Source: Hemiscyllium ocellatum (lineage: Eukaryota). From it: 64,000 bases of DNA. Each line of letters begins with the position of its first letter. Within the stretch, counting starts at the first letter, position 1. Positions 36,101 to 49,854 of the stretch are shown piece by piece. Location of the stretch: positions 49,772,999 to 49,836,998 of the forward strand of contig NC_083424.1 of the NCBI RefSeq assembly GCF_020745735.1, read 5' to 3'. The notes below the pieces were generated by a model. The model was not told the origin of the DNA, ran no database searches, and worked only from the letters and a program-made list of their open reading frames with translations. Made by a program: the position numbers and the translations under genes.

Positions 36101-38745
36101 GAGAACTGGCTAACCGGACGAAGTCAGAGAGTGGTGGTAGATGGTAAATATTCAGCCTGGAGCCAAGTTACAAGTGGAGTTCCACAGGGATCAGTTCTGG
36201 GTCCTCTGCTGTTTGTAATTTTTTTAATGATTTGGAAGAGGGAGTCGAAGGGTGTTGTCGGATGCAAAGGGACTTAGAAATTATGCAGAGCTGGGCTGAG
36301 GAGTGGCAGATGGAGTTCACATGCCTCATCTGTCAAGTGTGAGGTTGTCTATTTTGGAAGGACAAATAAGAATGCAGAATGCAAGGCTAACGGTAGGGTT
36401 CTTAGTAAGGTGGAGGAGCAGAGAGATCTTGGGGTCTCTGTTCATAGATCTTTGAAAGTTGCCACTCAGGTGGATAGAGCTTGTAAGAAGATCTATGGTA
36501 TATTAGCGTTCATTAGCAGAGGGATTGAATTCAAGAGTCGTGAGGTGATGTTGCAGCTGTACAGGACCTTGGTAAGGCCACATTTGACGTACTGTGTGCA
36601 GTTCTGGTCGCCTCACTTTAGGAAAGATGTGAAAGATTTGGAGAGGGTGCAGAGGAGATTTACCAGGATGTTGCCTGGAATGGAGAATATGTCTTACGAG
36701 GATAGGTTGAGAGTGCTAGGCCTTTTCTCATTGGAACGGCGATGGATGAGGGGTGACTTGATAGAGGTTTATAAGATGATCAGGGAATAGATAGAGTAGA
36801 CAGTCATAGACTTTTTCCTTGGGTACAACAGTGTGTTACAAGGGGACATAAATTTAAGGTGAAGGGTGAAAGGTATAGGGGGGTGTCAGGGGTAGGTTCT
36901 TTACCCAGGGGGTGGTGGGGGCATGGAATGCGCTGCCTGTGGGAGTGGCAGAGTCAGAATCATTGGTGACCATTAAGTGGCAATTGGATAGGTACATGGA
37001 TAGGTGCTTAAGCTAGGACAAATGTTCGGCACAAAATCGTGTACCAAAGGGCCTGTTCTGTGCTGTATAGTTCTATGTTCTAGGAGATGTATTTTTAAGG
37101 TGAGAGGAGAACGAGAGGAGAGGGGAGTAGGGATAACACTAGTAACTATAGGCCGGTGAGTCTTACCTCTGTTGTGGGCAAAGTCTTAGAGAGAATTGTA
37201 AGGGATAGGATTAATGAGCATCTGGATAGGAATAATGTGATCAAGGATAGTCAGCATGGTTTGTGAAGGGCAGGTCGTGCCTCACAAACCTTATTGAATT
37301 CTTTGAGAAGGTGACTAAGGAGGTGGACGAGGGTAAAGCGGTAGATGTGGTGTATATGGATTTTAGTAAGGCATTTGAAAAGGTACCTCATGGTAGGCTA
37401 CTGCAAAAAATACGGAGGTATGGCATTGAGGGTGAGTTGGAGATTTGGATTAGGAATTGGCTGGCTGGAAGAAGACAGAGGGTAGTAGTTGATGGTAAAG
37501 GTTCATCTTGGAGTGCAGTTACCAGCGGTATTCCGCAAGGATCTGTTTTGGGACCATTGCTGTTTGTCATTTTTATAAATGACCTGGAGGAGGAGCTAGA
37601 AGGTTGGGTAAGCATGTTTGTGGATGATACGAAAGTAGGTAAAGTTGTTGATAGTGAGGAAGGATGTGGCAGGTTACAGCGGGATATAGATAAGCTTCAG
37701 AGCTGGGCAGAAAGGTGGCAAATGGAGTTCAATGTAACTAAGTGTGAAGTGATTCACTTTGGTAAGAGTAACAAGAAGATGGAGTACTGGGCTAATGGTC
37801 GGATACTTAGTAGTATGGATGAGCAGAGGGATCTTGGTGTCCATATATACAGATCTCTGAAAGTTGCCACACAGGTAAATAGTGCTGTGAAGAAGACATA
37901 TGGCGTACTGGCTTTTATTGGTAGAGGAATTGAGTTCCCGAGTCCTGAGGTTATGTTGCAGTTGTATAAGACTCTGGTGCGGCCGCATCTGGAGTATTGT
38001 GTGCAGTTTTGGTCGCCATACTATAGGAAGGATGTGGAGGCACTGGAACGGGTGCAAAGGAGGTTTACCAGGATGCTGCCTGGTATGGTAGGAAGATCGT
38101 ATGAGGAAAAGCTGAAGCGCTTGGGGCTGTTTTCATTGGAGAAAAGAAGGTTTAGGGTTGACTTGATAGAGGTGTACAAGATGATTAGGGGTTTAGATAG
38201 GGTTGACCATGAGAACCTTTTTCCACGTATGGAGTCGGATATTACGAGGGGGCATCGCTTTAAATTAAGGGGTGGTAGGTATAGGACTGGTGTTAGGGGT
38301 AGATTTTTTACTCAGCGAGTCGTGAGTTCATGGAATGCCCTGCCAGTAACAGTGGTGGACTCTCCCTCTTTATGGGCATTTAAAAGGGCAGTGGATAGGC
38401 ATATGGAGGAAAGTGGGCTAATGTAGGTTAGGTGGGTTTGCATCGGCGCAACATCGAGGGCCGAAGGGCCTGTACTGCACTGTATTTTTCTATGTTCTAT
38501 GTTTTGAAAAATACATGAGGAGCATTTTTTTACACAGAGAGTGGTTCACGTGTGGAATGAACTTCCAGAGGAAGCAGTAGATGTGGGTCCATTTAAAAGA
38601 CATTTGGATAAGTTCATGAAAAGGAAAGATTTGGAGGGATATGGACCAGGAGTAGGCAGGTGGGACTAGTTGAGTTTGGGATTATGGTTGGCATGGACTA
38701 GTTGGACTGAAGGGTCTGTTTCCATGCTGTATGACTCTGTGATTC
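33190..38745 (+). mobile_element. Nest of three CR1 LINEs: an old host (~33190-33810, 37083-37110, 38505-38745) holding two younger copies (~33812-37082 and ~37112-38503)
   Basis: Host 3' sequence reads through across both inserts. Inner copies end in (TCTATGT)n tails. ORF 37263..38426 is an uninterrupted 387-aa RT C-terminal half. Confidence 0.85.
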
Positions 38746-40916
38746 TGGTATTTCATTTCAGTTTCCAAAGGAAGTGAACACGATTGGACAATGCAGGGTT
38801 CTGAGAATGGGGTAGAACAAATATTGCCACTCGGTTGCTGATGACCAATCACCAAACTGATCTGTTTTAAACGCCTGGATTCACTTCTGAGCTTCTAAAG
38901 AAAAGCCAGCATTCATCACAAACTTCACCCTGTCACCCTCAAAAGACCTCTTACAATGTGGCGATCCTGGTTCTACCGAATTAAACGCTACCACACATCA
39001 AAGAACACTCAACAGACATTTTGCGCCACTTCCCCTCCAAAGAAAAAAGAGTGAAGATTAAAATTTTGATGACTACGCATCTTGCCATTTACTGCATTTC
39101 ATACAATCACTCGTGCTATTAAATCAAAAACAAATTGAAAGGTTCCTTCTGATGGGTGAACTTCACAGATAGCAAGGTTAGCATCATGTTTGAGATGGAT
39201 CTTTTTATAAATGAGGTACCATTACCTGAACCTTTAAACTCTCAACTCTTAAGTATGGAATATTAGAATCATAAAGTACAGAAAATACCATTTGACCCAT
39301 CGAATTTCTAGTATCTCTAGCGCGAGGGTCGTTAGATGTGTTCTATATAATGTGCTACACTTGCTTGATGATAATATACATTTTACAATTATGTTTAATC
39401 ATTTCAAGGATGGAAGCGTGTAAGGACCCACGTGTTTTTTCCTTTTTACATTATATAACGGAATTGAAACCAGACATTGTTTTATAGCTGACTAACAAAT
39501 AAGTGCTTTGCAACATGAAGTTTCAAGTGGTGCATTTTTTTAGGAGTACAATGTTGTTCTCGGAGCAGCGAGCTTCTTATCTGATTGAAATGCTGCAATA
39601 CCAGAAATTTTTGGTATAAGGTATTACTCCCTGATGACATTGCTTGAATTGGCCAAGCTGCAGTTAGCTCCAGACTGGTTGGACCACTGCAACGGGAACC
39701 GCCAGGGTGAAGAAGCAGAAAACAGAGTAGAGAATAAAAGAAAGTAAAAAAAAGAATTCTAACACAAAGAAAAACCTGTATACAACTAATCAATTTGAAC
39801 AATCTCTGGACGGACAGCAGCTTGGCATCAGACTTAGCACAGTCTTGGCACCTGAAATTTTGATGTTCAGAATTTTGTTTTCCCTGAATATATATTTCCA
39901 CACATAATGTTTGTGTCAAATCATGTTTTTTTCCCTCTGGCCAATTCGTGAATATGCCTGTATGTGACCCTATGTTTAGGGTTTTAAATGGATAGAATGT
40001 AATTATTTTTGCTCTTTTATCTATTAGATAATAACTGCTTGCCAATAAACAATGTTTCTGCTTGTGAAAGTAAGTTGTGAAATGCTTTTGTCATGAATGA
40101 CAGTCGGTACGTAAATTACTTAAGTTGTTGGTTTAAAATGTTATGAATAGGTTTGACCCTAACCCAATCTTTTGTCTCAGGTTTTGAAACAGTGAAGCTC
40201 GATTATCGGTGCATTCATTTAACTTTGGTCACAACTGGATCATGGCAAACAGAACTGCATACAGCATTCTAAGCACGGGTATACCGATGATTTTTAATTG
40301 GCAAGAGTATCTCGTTATTTCTTGCCCAATATTGATATATTAATTCATAGTAAATTCTCATTTGCGTTCACTGGCAGCAAGTAATAATGATATGGAATCC
40401 ATTTATTGTCAAAGGGTGACCGTTCATTCTCTGCACTTCCTTTAATCATTATTGAATAATAGCCAGCTCCCCAATTATTTATCCTATTATAAGTTTCCCT
40501 TTATTGTATTTCATCTGCTCAACAACTATGTAATTATACGATGCATTGAACTCATGCAGTGGATTGCTCTGCCGGACTTTGGAATCTGGCATTCAGCATT
40601 TAGTTACAATGTTGCAAATATTTTCTTAATTCTGTGTTCTAAATCACAAAGATATTAAATAAAACTCGCCCTCAACAGAACGTCGCTGGGCACCTAAAGG
40701 GATTTGGTGAGTTCATTTAGCTGGTGTGTGGTTTGCAGACTGGCATTGTTTCAATTCTCACATCGACTGCAATTACCATCAAACTCCCTTCTTCACCCCT
40801 TCTGGCGCCTTCCCTGGGGCGTGGTAATCCTTAAATTAAACAATGACCGAACCACACCCTTGAAAGCTTTCTGAGAACACAGTTTTCAAGATTGTGAACC
40901 CCGATTCCTTTGCCAT

Positions 40917-43900
40917 TGTTACACACCAGCCAGATCCTTTTAAAACATTTCAAGAAAATAGCCCAGACCCTAACTTTGCTAGTTGTGTTAAGCCAGTGTA
41001 ACGTGGATATTCCAGGAGGGATGCTGTTGGTCAAACCACTTAGTTTTAAGCAAAACAGAACTTATTTATAAGCTTACTGAATGACGCACAAACAAAAGAG
41101 AACAGAATATTGAATAACTCGACCCATCCGAAAACCCAACAGATCATCCCAAAGTAATGATACTATTTCAAATTTGGCAATATTCCCCATATATACCCCT
41201 TGGCACAAAAGGTAAAATCAAACACAGGGTCTTTCACGAGAGAAGTCAGAGAGAGTACCAGTCTGGACCTGCTTCTTTGGGTTCAGCAGTTTTATTCACA
41301 CTACTGCTAGAAACCAATTCAAGTCAGAGAAACGCTGAGCTGGAAGAATTGGCCACTCCCCTTTCATTGTAGAAATGTTCTTTTAAACTTGACTGCCTTC
41401 TGGTTGAGACACTATCAGTTGGTTATTCTCAAATTGGCCCTGAAACTCTTCAACTGTAGACTTTTCAGAGTCTGTGTCTTTTAGGATCTCTCTGTAAAAG
41501 AAACGCCAAGAACAAGATTACCTTGTTAAAGGAGCAGCATCATCATACCTTCCCTCTTAAAAAAATGAACTATCAATATCAAAGGATAGCCTCATTTCAA
41601 AACTCTTTAATCCTAAATTGGCAGTACGCTACACCACACATATAGAAACATGTGAACATGCTACGTTCTGCTGCTGTCTGTTTTACTCCTGCCACGGAAT
41701 GCCTCCATTTCTTATTCACATCTCATCAATCAGTTGGCAGTTACGTTTTCTCAATCTGCCACACGCCCAATTTTCAAATTGAATGGCTGTACCAACAAGT
41801 TCCATCTAAACAGTCTGGCATTTCTGTCCTTCAATTTCTCCAAAAACCTCAATGGGCTATGATCAGTGCACATGATTGTCTAAGATTCGTTACTGGCAAT
41901 ATAAACATTGAAATGTTGCAATACCAACACCAGGCTCAAGTCTCCTTCCCAACCATCGAATATTTCTGCTGCTGAATGTTCAATTTCCTGGAGAAATACC
42001 CAATAGATTTTTCAATCTTCTTGTCGTCTTCCTGCAAGAGCACAACATCAACACCCACATCACCTGTATCGATAGCCACCTCGAATGGCTTTGTGTAATT
42101 AGGTGTGCCTTATGCAAGGGCAGTAGTTAACACAGCTTTCAGGCTGTCACATTCCCTCTGACAGTTCACTGTCCACTGAGACATCTTGCCTTTCTTTAGC
42201 AATTCAGTGAGAGGAGCAGACACACTGCTAAAATTTGGTACAAATTTTCTATAAAATCCACTCAATCTCAGGAATTGTAGTAGTGCTCTTTTTGTCGATG
42301 GTGTGGGAAACTTCCCAACCATATTTGTTTTAGCATCTCCTGGGGCCATTTGTCCATATCCAATTACATGACACAGGAAGGTGACTTGGGCTTTGGCAAA
42401 TTTACTTTCAACCAGGTTTATCACCAATACTGCCTCCCGAAGTCGATAGAACAAGTCTGATTAATGTTGCAAATGCTACTTCTAGTGGACACATCCATTA
42501 TTGCGAACAAATACTGCCTCCCACTTTTTAATTTAAGTAGGGGTCTTGTACAACTAATTCAACCTTTTGTACAAGGTTCCTCAAATGCAGGAATATGTAT
42601 TTAGGGTGTAGATTTTATTACGTCCTGTGGTTTTTCAGTTGTCTGACATAATTGATATGTCTGCAAAATGCAACTACATTCTTGTGCATTCCAGGTCATA
42701 AAATATTTTTGTAGTTTAGCTTGAGTTTTTCTCACTCCTAAATGGTAGGTCATGCACCACTCACACCACCACCTTTCTATAACATATTGGCAATACGATT
42801 TGATGAACTTCTGCCCATTTCCCATCTGCTGGAATATGTGATTGTCTCCATTTCCTCATTAAGACATCATATTACATTAATAACATTCATGGGCATATTT
42901 GAATTCTTTTTCTGTTTACGCCCTTTGATACAATTGCTTCAAAATTCATAATTCTACTGTAACTCAGTTAATTTATCTGAGCTAAAGATTTCTCCATTTT
43001 ATCTATCTGCTCCTATTTTCTGTCAACGATCTGATCAAACAGGGTCTCTGCTAATTCCACTTCAACTTTTTTATCTGTACACTTTGATCTCTCTTGTTTC
43101 AACTGGTGACTTTGTGACCTCGTTACCACACTGTCAGGAAAAATCCCAGAACATGTGTCCTGCAATAGTTCAGTTGACTGAGTTTCCACTGGCCTTTCAA
43201 CCACAGTAGACAGAACTCCCATTCCTGGGGCCGAGAGTTTGTCCAGTACTCCTGCCATGATTTCCCCACTCTTCAATCTAACCTCATTTCACATAATTGA
43301 GTGCTCTTGTCTCACCGTGAATTCCAATCACTAGCACCCTTTCTGGCAGTTGTCCTTTAGAAGTACATATCTCATCATCTTTCAGCATCACAGATTGAGA
43401 GGATCCTGTACCTTTTAATATTGCAACCTCTTTGCCTGCTGCTCCTGGCCTATGCGAGTAAATGTTAGCTTTGCAGGTATGTAGTTTAAGAAGATCTGGC
43501 ACTTCTTCCTTAACCAACCTCCGTCCAGCTTGTATATTCTGGTGCAGCTTTCAAGCTCAACCATGCTTTCTGTTACCATTCTAATAAAATTCACTGGCTT
43601 ATCCTGTTTTCCTACATCTGCCTTCCCAGTGCTTTCTCTAAACCTTTTAACTTCTCTGTCCCCTTCAAGGGTTTTTTTTTTTCCCCCTGTGGTAAGTTAT
43701 CCTGATGATCTTCACCAAGATCTACCTTTCTCTTTCCAGGTGAGGATTTCTGTTTTCCCCAATTTCTATCCATCACAGAATGAAATTGACTTTGGTTGTC
43801 TAACTTTGTTCTATGGACAAATTCATAATCATCAGCCATTTCAGCTGCAAATCTTGCCATTCTAACTCTCTGCTCTTCCACATGGGTTCTCACTACTTCA

Positions 43901-45511
43901 CGAAATCGAGTTTTGAACTCCTCCAAAATAATCATCCCTCTAAGAACGTCAAAAGTTTGCTCTAGTTTCAACACCCTTTTCCACCTATCAAAATTACTGT
44001 TTGATCCTTTCAAACTCAATGTAAGTTTAAGCAGAAACCCTTTAATTTCCTGAAAAGTTGTCTGTAGGCTTCAGGCATAAGCTCATAAGCACTTAAGATG
44101 GATGTCTTCACCTCCTGGTGCGCCCAAGATACCTCCTCTGATCGTGATGTAATCACCTCACTAGCTTTACATACAAGTTTTGTTTGGATCAACAAAACTC
44201 ACATGGTCACTGGTCACCACATTTGTTTAGCCAAATTTTTAAATTAGATGAAAAAGACTTCCACATCCATATCATTAAATTTAGGCAATGCTTGAATACG
44301 TTCAAACAATTTCTCACCGTGCCTTTGGTTACCATGAGTTTGTTTTACCTCACCCTCTTCCTCGCAAAGCTTACCTTCAGCCTTCATATCCATGCTTTTA
44401 AGCTGATTGTCCTGTCTAAGTGCCAATTTCTGAAGCTCAAACTCTGTCTCTTTGTCTCTCTCTTCAGCTGACACAATTCGTTCTTTTTTCTCTTTCCCTA
44501 CTTTTAATTACAATTCCTTGTCCAATGCCTCTAACTCAAGCTGCTTCATTTTCCATTGAATTTTAACCATTTCTAGAGGCTCTGATGGTGTTTCCAGCAA
44601 ATTTAAATGCTGTCCTATTGCTAAAATAGTCTGTTATTTTCTTATGGAAGGAGACAGCTCCAACTCCAGCTTGTCTGCTCATTCCAGCAGCTTAGCCTGA
44701 ATCACTTATTGCAATACTGTCAAGGTCACTTCTTCCACCCCCAGAAAACTGTTGGTGACTGAAAAATCCATTGTTATCCCTCGCACCATTTAAACCAACT
44801 GAAGTCAACACCCGGAACAAAAGTCTGTAACACTTATCATTCGCTCCCTTTGAGCCCAACAATCCTAATTCCAATTTGGGATTACAGAACAAATTCCGTA
44901 AAGACCCCTCAATCTGTTATGGGCCAGGCCAGGCTCTCAAAACATTGCAAGAAAGTAGCTCAGACCCTAACTTTGCCAGTTGTTTTAAGCAGGTGTAAGG
45001 AGATATTCCAGGAGTGATGCAGATGAACAAACCACTTTTTTAAAAAAAAACAGAATTTATTTACAAGATTACTGAAAGAAACACACACAAAATAAAACAG
45101 AATGCCAAATAATTTAACGCATCCAGAAACTTAACAGATCATCCCAACTCAATTATGCTGTTACAAATACTAGCAACTTGGCATAAAAGGTAAAATCAAA
45201 CATAGGGTCTCACAAGACAGAAGTCAGAGAAATAGTATCAGTCTGAACCTGCTTCTTTCGGTTCAGCAGCATTTTCACACTACTACTAAAATCCAAGCAA
45301 TATCAGAGTACACCGGAGCTGGGAAAACTGGCCACACAAATGTTTTATTTAAAACTTGATAGCTTTCTGTCCTAGGCAGCATCAGTTAACTATTATCAGA
45401 TTTGCCCTGAAAGTCTTTAACCACAGACATTCCTGAGTCTGTGTCTTTTGCAACCTCTGAAAAAATAAGCCAAGAACACCGTACCCTTGTTAAAGAAGCA
45501 GCATCATCACA
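40917..45511 (-). mobile_element. Decayed Gypsy/Ty3 LTR retrotransposon of Gmr1-like architecture
   Basis: LTRs ~40917-41545 and 44915-45511 (TG...CA); PPT AAGAGGGAAGG next to the left LTR. Gag/SCAN-like ORFs 44244..44474 and 43612..44019; protease-like ILKGTGSSQS (~43400); integrase Zn-finger HLGVRKT..CQ (42601..42825); RT/RNase H (42110..42454 and ~41720-41990). Confidence 0.82.
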
Positions 45512-48500
45512 CAGTGAAATTCTCTTCAATAATGATCACACTGTCCTGACTTATAGCCTGTCACTCCTGCAATGTATAAAAAAATTCAAAGGTGACACAA
45601 CTCTTTAGATTAAACATCAGTTTGACCAAAACCAAACCAATTCATTACTCTGCATTCCAAGCCAAATATAAACTACTCAGCATTGTCATCTGGATACGCA
45701 GTTGAATGCCATCAAACAATTAACCTTTTTAAAGAGGGTCATCTCATTTGACGCCATCACAATCAAGAAAATGAGCCACAAACTTTAGAAAAGCAAATCG
45801 CTTATTCAGAAGTACTTATAAACCAACAGGTGCACCTGAAACTCAAAGTGAACTAAGATGTCACAATAACCACTGCTCTGCATGATGTTGAGCCATGGGT
45901 TCTACTCCGACATCACATACACTTTCTCTGCCACAGCATCCTCAAGATCTGCCCGCAGTAGGACCACAGCACAAACACTGAAGTCTTGGAACAGCTAATA
46001 TTACCAGCATCGAAATCAGTCACTCAGCTCCAGGGCATCCCTGCTGGAGCTCCTCGGGGTAATGTTCTAGGCACAATCATCGTCAGCTACTTTATCAATG
46101 GCCCACCCTCCATCATAAGGTCAGAAGTGGAAATGCTTGATGATCCTTGCTCGACGTTCAGCACCATTCAGATACTGAAGCAGTCCATGTTCAAATGAAA
46201 CAAGTTCTACAGATAAGAAGTGGCAAGTAATATTCATGCTACACAAATGGCAGGTAATGACCACCTCCAATAAGAAACGGTTTAACTACTGATGGTTGAT
46301 ATTCAATTATGCTGTCATCATGGAATTCCCCACGATACCCATCCGGGGGATTATTACTAACAAGAAACTGAGCTGGACTCACCATGTAAGCATGATGTCG
46401 ACAAGAGCAGCTCAAAGACTAGGAATACTGTAGCGAGTACCTATCCCAAGATCCTCAAAACATGTTTGTCATCTACAATTCACAAGTCGGGAGTGTGACG
46501 GAATACTCACTACGTGCCTGGATGGATGTAGCTCCAACAACACTAAAGATGTTTGAAACCATCCAGAACAAAGCAGCCTGCTGAATTAGCACCCCATCCA
46601 AAAGCATCCATTCCCTCATCACCAAATCTCTCACACAGCAGAGTGTATTATCCGTAAGATGTACTGTAGAAACTCAGCAAAATGCCCTTAGACAGCCTCT
46701 TCCAAACCCATGACCATCTCCTTCTAGAAGGACAAAGGCAGCAGATATATGGAAACACAATGACCTGCAAGTTCCCCTCCAAGCCAATCACCATGTTAAC
46801 TTGGAAAACAATATCACTGTTCCACTGGGGCAATGAGGGATGGGCAATAAATGTTGGCCAGCCGGCTACGCCCACGTCCCATGAATGATTTTTTTTTAAA
46901 CTAGCCATTCTGAAGATGGGGAAATACTTGTTTGAAGGGATAGCAAACAGGGGCTCTACTTACCTGGACAAAGTTTAGAAATTGCTTAGGATTACTCTAA
47001 AACTATGTGTGAGTTGTCACAATCCTTGGCAGACAGTGGAACTGGGTGATTAGGTCTTGAAAACATTGTGGAGAAAGATTGGTTAAGTGTTTCCCTCTTC
47101 ATGAATATTCAGACCAGGAGGCTCAGGGACAATGTGCTATCCACTACCATCTGACATTGGCAACGGGTGAATTAGATTGTTGCAACTAATGAGCATCTAC
47201 CAAGCAATCTGAACAATACAAAATGGCAAGGGAAAAGTTGCTTTGACAGGAACACATTTTGCTTTTACATTCATGATATTCATTCAAACAAATGTTCAGT
47301 CTCAAATGATAGATCTGAACTGATGAGCTTGATTCTGCATCTGATTCAAATAGTCAATGTAAAGGAAAAGAAAATCACATCAGTCTGTTAAAGGTAATGA
47401 CTTAGGACACACTAGAGATGATTAATGTCTTGCATAGGGCTGTTGGATACTACTTATTTCAGAAATATAAATTTGAAAAAAAGTACGTTCTTTTGAAATT
47501 GAAAAGTGTGGGTTAAGAGCCCGAGAGAAAACAGAACGAACCCATGTTGAGATGGTTGTGTTGGTACATTCAAGTAAATAGCAAGAGAGGGGGCGGTGCT
47601 GACAGCTTCTCTCAGCAACATAAACAATGTGAGGTGTTAGAATTATTACATTCAATGAAACAATTTCGGACTGAGATCTCATATCTTACACCTGAGCAGC
47701 GTGGAAGGGTCTTCATGACAGCCAGACTGTGTTGACAATTTGCCAGATTGGGGAGGTCTCTGGAATATATGATTGATGAACCTACAACGGGAAACAAGAG
47801 GTTGAAGAGCCTTCGGGGTGGGGGCGGCGGGTGGGGGGGGGGGCGGGTGGGAGGTTTTGGCGTATAAGGACAGGCGATGTGCAATGATACATGTAACATT
47901 CAAGAAGCTTGATACCACTCAGAACAAAGCAGCCTGCTTGATTTGCCCTACATCTGCAAACATTCACTCCCACTACCATGGGCTGTCAGTAGCAGCTGCG
48001 CATACCATGAACAAAATACTTCACAGAAATCCATTAGCCTCGTTAGACAGCACATTCCAAACTCACCGCCACTAGCATCTAAAAGGACAAAGGCAACATA
48101 TACAAAGGTAGCAAAACCATCTGCAATTTACCCACGAAGTCACTCACCCTCTTGACTTGGAAATATATTGTTATTCCTTCAGTGATGCTGGGCCAAAGTC
48201 CTGGAACACCTTCATCACATCATTGGTCCACAGCAGTTGAATAAGGTCGCCCACATCACCTTCTCAAAGGCAATTCGAGATAGGTGACAGAAGTTGGCCT
48301 ACATATCAAAGCCTACAATCCCATGTTTCTTTTGCCTGAAACAAGACGGCATTGGTATTGAGAATAAGAGGGACAACGTGCTAGATGCACTTCTGCGGAT
48401 GTACTGAGGTATCTTACTCCTTCAATGAAACTTAGGTCACCAGGGAAATAAGATTCATTCTGCCCTACTTCGTGATATACCGGCCCTGATGAGATCAATC

Positions 48501-49531
48501 GCCTCGTTATATGAACAGCACTGGGATGAATATCAATGCAGCTCGCCCAACACTAGCCTACTTCTTGGTCATAGCCCTCTGTCACTCGCCTGGTTAAAAT
48601 AGGACTTCCCGATTAAAGCCCAGGTCCATAATCGGACTCTTGTCCTTCCCATTGACATATTCATCCACAACGATTAACATTGAAGATTATCCCAGACTCT
48701 CTAAATTTTGACACACTCAAATCACCGATTCTTATAGATTCTCAACCTTGAAATTGGTCCTTGTTGTTTGTTTAATGCCTCGGATTTTTTTTTCTCTTTG
48801 CTCTGGTTTTACCTTCTTTGCCCAACATGTGCACCTTCACTTTCACTATTCTTTCTTAACTTATTTACATTTAGAGCCGTTAAGTCTGTTTATTCAACAG
48901 CTCATGCTTTGCAAAACTACACTCCAGCGTTTTCCTCTCCGTTTACCAATTGCTTCGTGGTCCTTTATTGAATGCTAAAATTCTCAGGCATTGTACCCTA
49001 TGAGAAATATAAGACGTCTCTTTTTTTTTAATCTACGCATACATAGCTACACACAGTCGCAACAACCTCATGACAGGTACTCTTTTGGACCATGCGGAAC
49101 ATCATGTTTCTTCAGACCGTTGAGCACTTTGCACGATTTACCCCGGGAGTCGAAAAGTACTGACATCGCAATAGATTTGACTCATTTTGACAGAAATGAA
49201 AGACGCTGAAATGAATGATGGATTTGACGTTCGATCAATTGTTTTATTGAACTGCGGTATTGGGATGGATTCAGAATGGCTAAATACTTAAGACACAGTC
49301 ACATTGTTCCTGTCTTTTATTCAGATGTATAGATGCAAACTAATAATCATTAGCATTTCAGTTAACGCGGCGAGTTTGTAAAAAACAGTTTCTTTTACGA
49401 AAGTTTCTGGCGCGATGAGCATTTTTTTAAAAATTAACCGGAATGCAAACAATTTCGACCGTATTGTTACATGGGAGGTGTGAACAGGAATAAACAAGCT
49501 TTCTCAACTGAGACAAGTGCAGTTTCCGAAA

Positions 49532-49854
49532 TCACATACAGTTCGATCTCGAGATACTTGTCTGAAACGGAGTTGCCTGAGTCTCATGTTTAACCCCACA
49601 GGAGTAACGCTCGTGTGAGTTCCACTCCGAGGCTGACAGGGTCAGATAGCTGCTCACCCTGAACGTCTTGTCCGTCTCCTGCTGGGTCCGACTGGTCTCC
49701 ACACCGTTCCCCTTGACACTGCCATCTACCGTCCACTCAATCTCCACAGCGCCCGGGTTAAAACCGCTCACCAAACACACCAGGGTCGCCGTGTTCTTTT
49801 GTGTGATTTGAACCGATGAAGGCGAAAGGAGGGATACCGATGGTTCCCGCGGAC
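49532..49854 (-). pseudogene. IGLC: Orphan lambda/type II IgL constant exon (C2): intact ORF and acceptor, no upstream VJ
   Basis: Acceptor TTTAAACAG|GT at 49855/49854; 323 nt with 13 nucleotide differences from C1. No V, J, leader or octamer promoter in the homologous upstream region. Confidence 0.88.

Noticed and set aside
37263-38426. Host gene or autonomous active LINE (387-aa ORF)
   Set aside because: 5'-truncated CR1 RT lacking endonuclease and ORF1, with the catalytic motif read as FVDD; cannot be autonomous.
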